NCBI RefSeq assembly: GCF_032062105.1
Contig: NW_026930139.1
Coordinates: forward strand, 248,001 to 312,000
Source: Saccostrea cucullata
Taxonomy: Eukaryota
Direction: 5' to 3'
DNA: 64,000 bases
The notes beneath the pieces are model-generated. The model saw nothing but the letters and a program-made list of their open reading frames with translations, had not been told where the DNA came from and searched no databases. Shown here one piece after another: positions 61,881-64,000 of this stretch; position 1 is the first letter of the stretch, and every line of letters begins with the position of its first letter. The translations under genes and the position numbers were made by a program.

Positions 61881-64000
61881 AAATGGGTCAATTGACAAAG
61901 TCACGTGAATTGTGTTCCGCCACAAACTAAAATTATCGGCAATTTTGCTGCCCAAAGTAACAACAGCACAAATTCACAAATTACAAATCGCACCAAAATA
62001 TATGTATTAAGCCAAATGGGTCAAGGGACATAGTCGCATGACCCATCCGTCTCAAACTAAAATTGGGTCGGCGATTTTGCCGCCCAGATCAACAATAAAA
62101 GCACAAATCGTGCACAAATTAGGTACAAATTGCGCCAAATAACCAAATTGGTAAGTGAAAGGCACAAATTGCGCCTTAAGATTGAAATTTTAAAATAAAT
62201 GCAAATTGCATTGAAAATGATAAATGTGCAACTCGCACACAATGGGGCTCATGACAAGCATCGCAAAAATGTTCACAAAACAAAATTACACAATTGATAT
62301 AATTTCTCAAAGTACAAATAAAAATTCTGTTTCCCAAATCTGAAAATTGAACTCCATTATCTCCCTTGCAATGCGTCCTAATATGTGGATAACTGATTGA
62401 TGCACTATTAACCCTATGTCTACACTTCTGTCATTCTGCATTTGCAAGGCAATTTATCAATTATTTTGAGGCAAAATATGTGACCATATATGTAATAAAA
62501 GTTTGTGGGAATACTCAGTAAATGTCAAAGCAATATTTGAATTGCAACGTTGTGTCATAATATAAAACAATATATAAACAGAAGGTAAATTTACGACAAT
62601 GGTCTTATGTAAGATTTGTAGGCTGCTGACTGTTGGGTTTTATCAATTTATCGATACGTATCAATATACAAGAAGAATATAGTATCGAAAATTAACTTCC
62701 AATACGTATCGGACAGGCATTTTTTCTTCTAATTCTGTTAAAAAGATGGGAACTTCAATCACCAAAGATCATATTTCACTTTTTTGAATTAAATCTGTTC
62801 AATAATCATTCAATTTTTTAAGGCAACAACACAGTTTTTAGAATTATTACTAAAGCATAGGCAATTTTAATTTAAAATGTTGATTTTACAGTCATTAAAA
62901 GTCTTGATTTGATAGTCATTAAAAGTTTTAATTTGAGGTGTAAGTTATAATGACAATGAAACACTTATTTTTTTTTTTTAAATTCATACGTTAAATGATT
63001 TATAAGCCTTTTATGATTGACTTGTTATAGAATCCAATATATCGCATATATCTTAAGAAAAAAAAAAAAATTATTGTATCGTATCTAAATTTTTTGCTCA
63101 ATACACAGCCCTGGCGCCCGACTGCCACCTTCCCATCTGCGTAATATACTTTTGTATACAAGTGGGTTGCAACCCCAGTCTGAAAAATCAGTGCGTCTTA
63201 ACTTCAGTTGACTGAATATTCAAAACTGCAAAGCTTTGTTTAAAGTTTATTCAATGTATAACGACCATATTTTGTACCTAAGAAATGAATAGTCCGATAT
63301 TTTAAATCATGGTAGCAAAATATTTTGATTGATTAATTATTATTGTTCTACGCCAAGTCAGCAATATTTTAGTCATAATTTGAAGATGTTGTAAAACAAA
63401 AATGTTCCAACAAGGAATTTACTTGTTGATTACTAACCAATTAATTGCACCTTGATTTTAATATTCAAGTCTATGGACAGCGCATGTTTTTGTAAGATAT
63501 TTTAAGAAGTAGTCTGAATTTCAAACTAATCCAAGTATTATCTCTTGGTGAAAATATGCGTTTGTTTGTTTATTAAAATATGATATAAAATGAACTTTAT
63601 ACCGAAGAAATTTAGATAAATTAATTTTTTTTTTTAATCAAGGCCAGATAACTCTTAGAAACTTTCAATGTGCAAAATGACCGTCTCTGTACATGTTATT
63701 AGTCTTTCGAATTTTGGTTCATTTCACTTTTATCTTTATCTAAAATCGTCGAAAATTCCTTCATTATACATTGAATACCTTAAAATGGACGGAAACTGAT
63801 ATTGGGATAAGGGTTTTGAGTTTAAATGTGAAAATTGAGACGCCCTTTTAATATTTGTACATAATACAGCAAAAATCTGCAAAGATTGAAACAATCACAT
63901 TGTAATATTTTTCAACATGCAAACATGTCCCCGAACCAGTTTGGCCAGTCTAAAATGTTGTAACAAACACTTGAATAGTATCACAAGAGACAATTATATG

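Noticed and set aside
60866-61955. Paired ORFs with identical C-termini
   Set aside because: They are by-products of the direct repeat, with no recognisable domain or splice structure.

Overview
AT-rich, intron-containing animal DNA, most likely an oyster or related bivalve. That assignment is inferred from the repeat families (HINE/pearl-type elements carrying a 166-bp satellite, a tRNA-derived SINE, retroelement remnants). I reconstructed eight spliced protein-coding genes by hand from GT-AG boundaries and exon phase: the 3' part of an unidentified gene (+); an intron-containing PhnD/PtxB-like phosph(on)ate-binding-protein gene with no signal peptide (-); SMARCB1 (+); NFATC2IP-like (-); NUDT2 (+); MCCC1 (-); a CYP1-like P450 with an atypical I-helix (+); and a Cys-less pentameric ligand-gated ion channel subunit with no signal peptide (-). 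The last 13 kb holds only repeat debris. The most interesting items are the two bacterial-style proteins encoded by spliced animal genes and the P450 lacking the acid-alcohol pair. Also notable are three tandem duplications that copy splice sites, non-autonomous DNA transposons with uncommon 5-bp and 6-bp target-site duplications (TSDs), and a conserved ~55-nt motif found four times, three of them downstream of retroelement remnants. No database searches were run; family names come from motif recognition.
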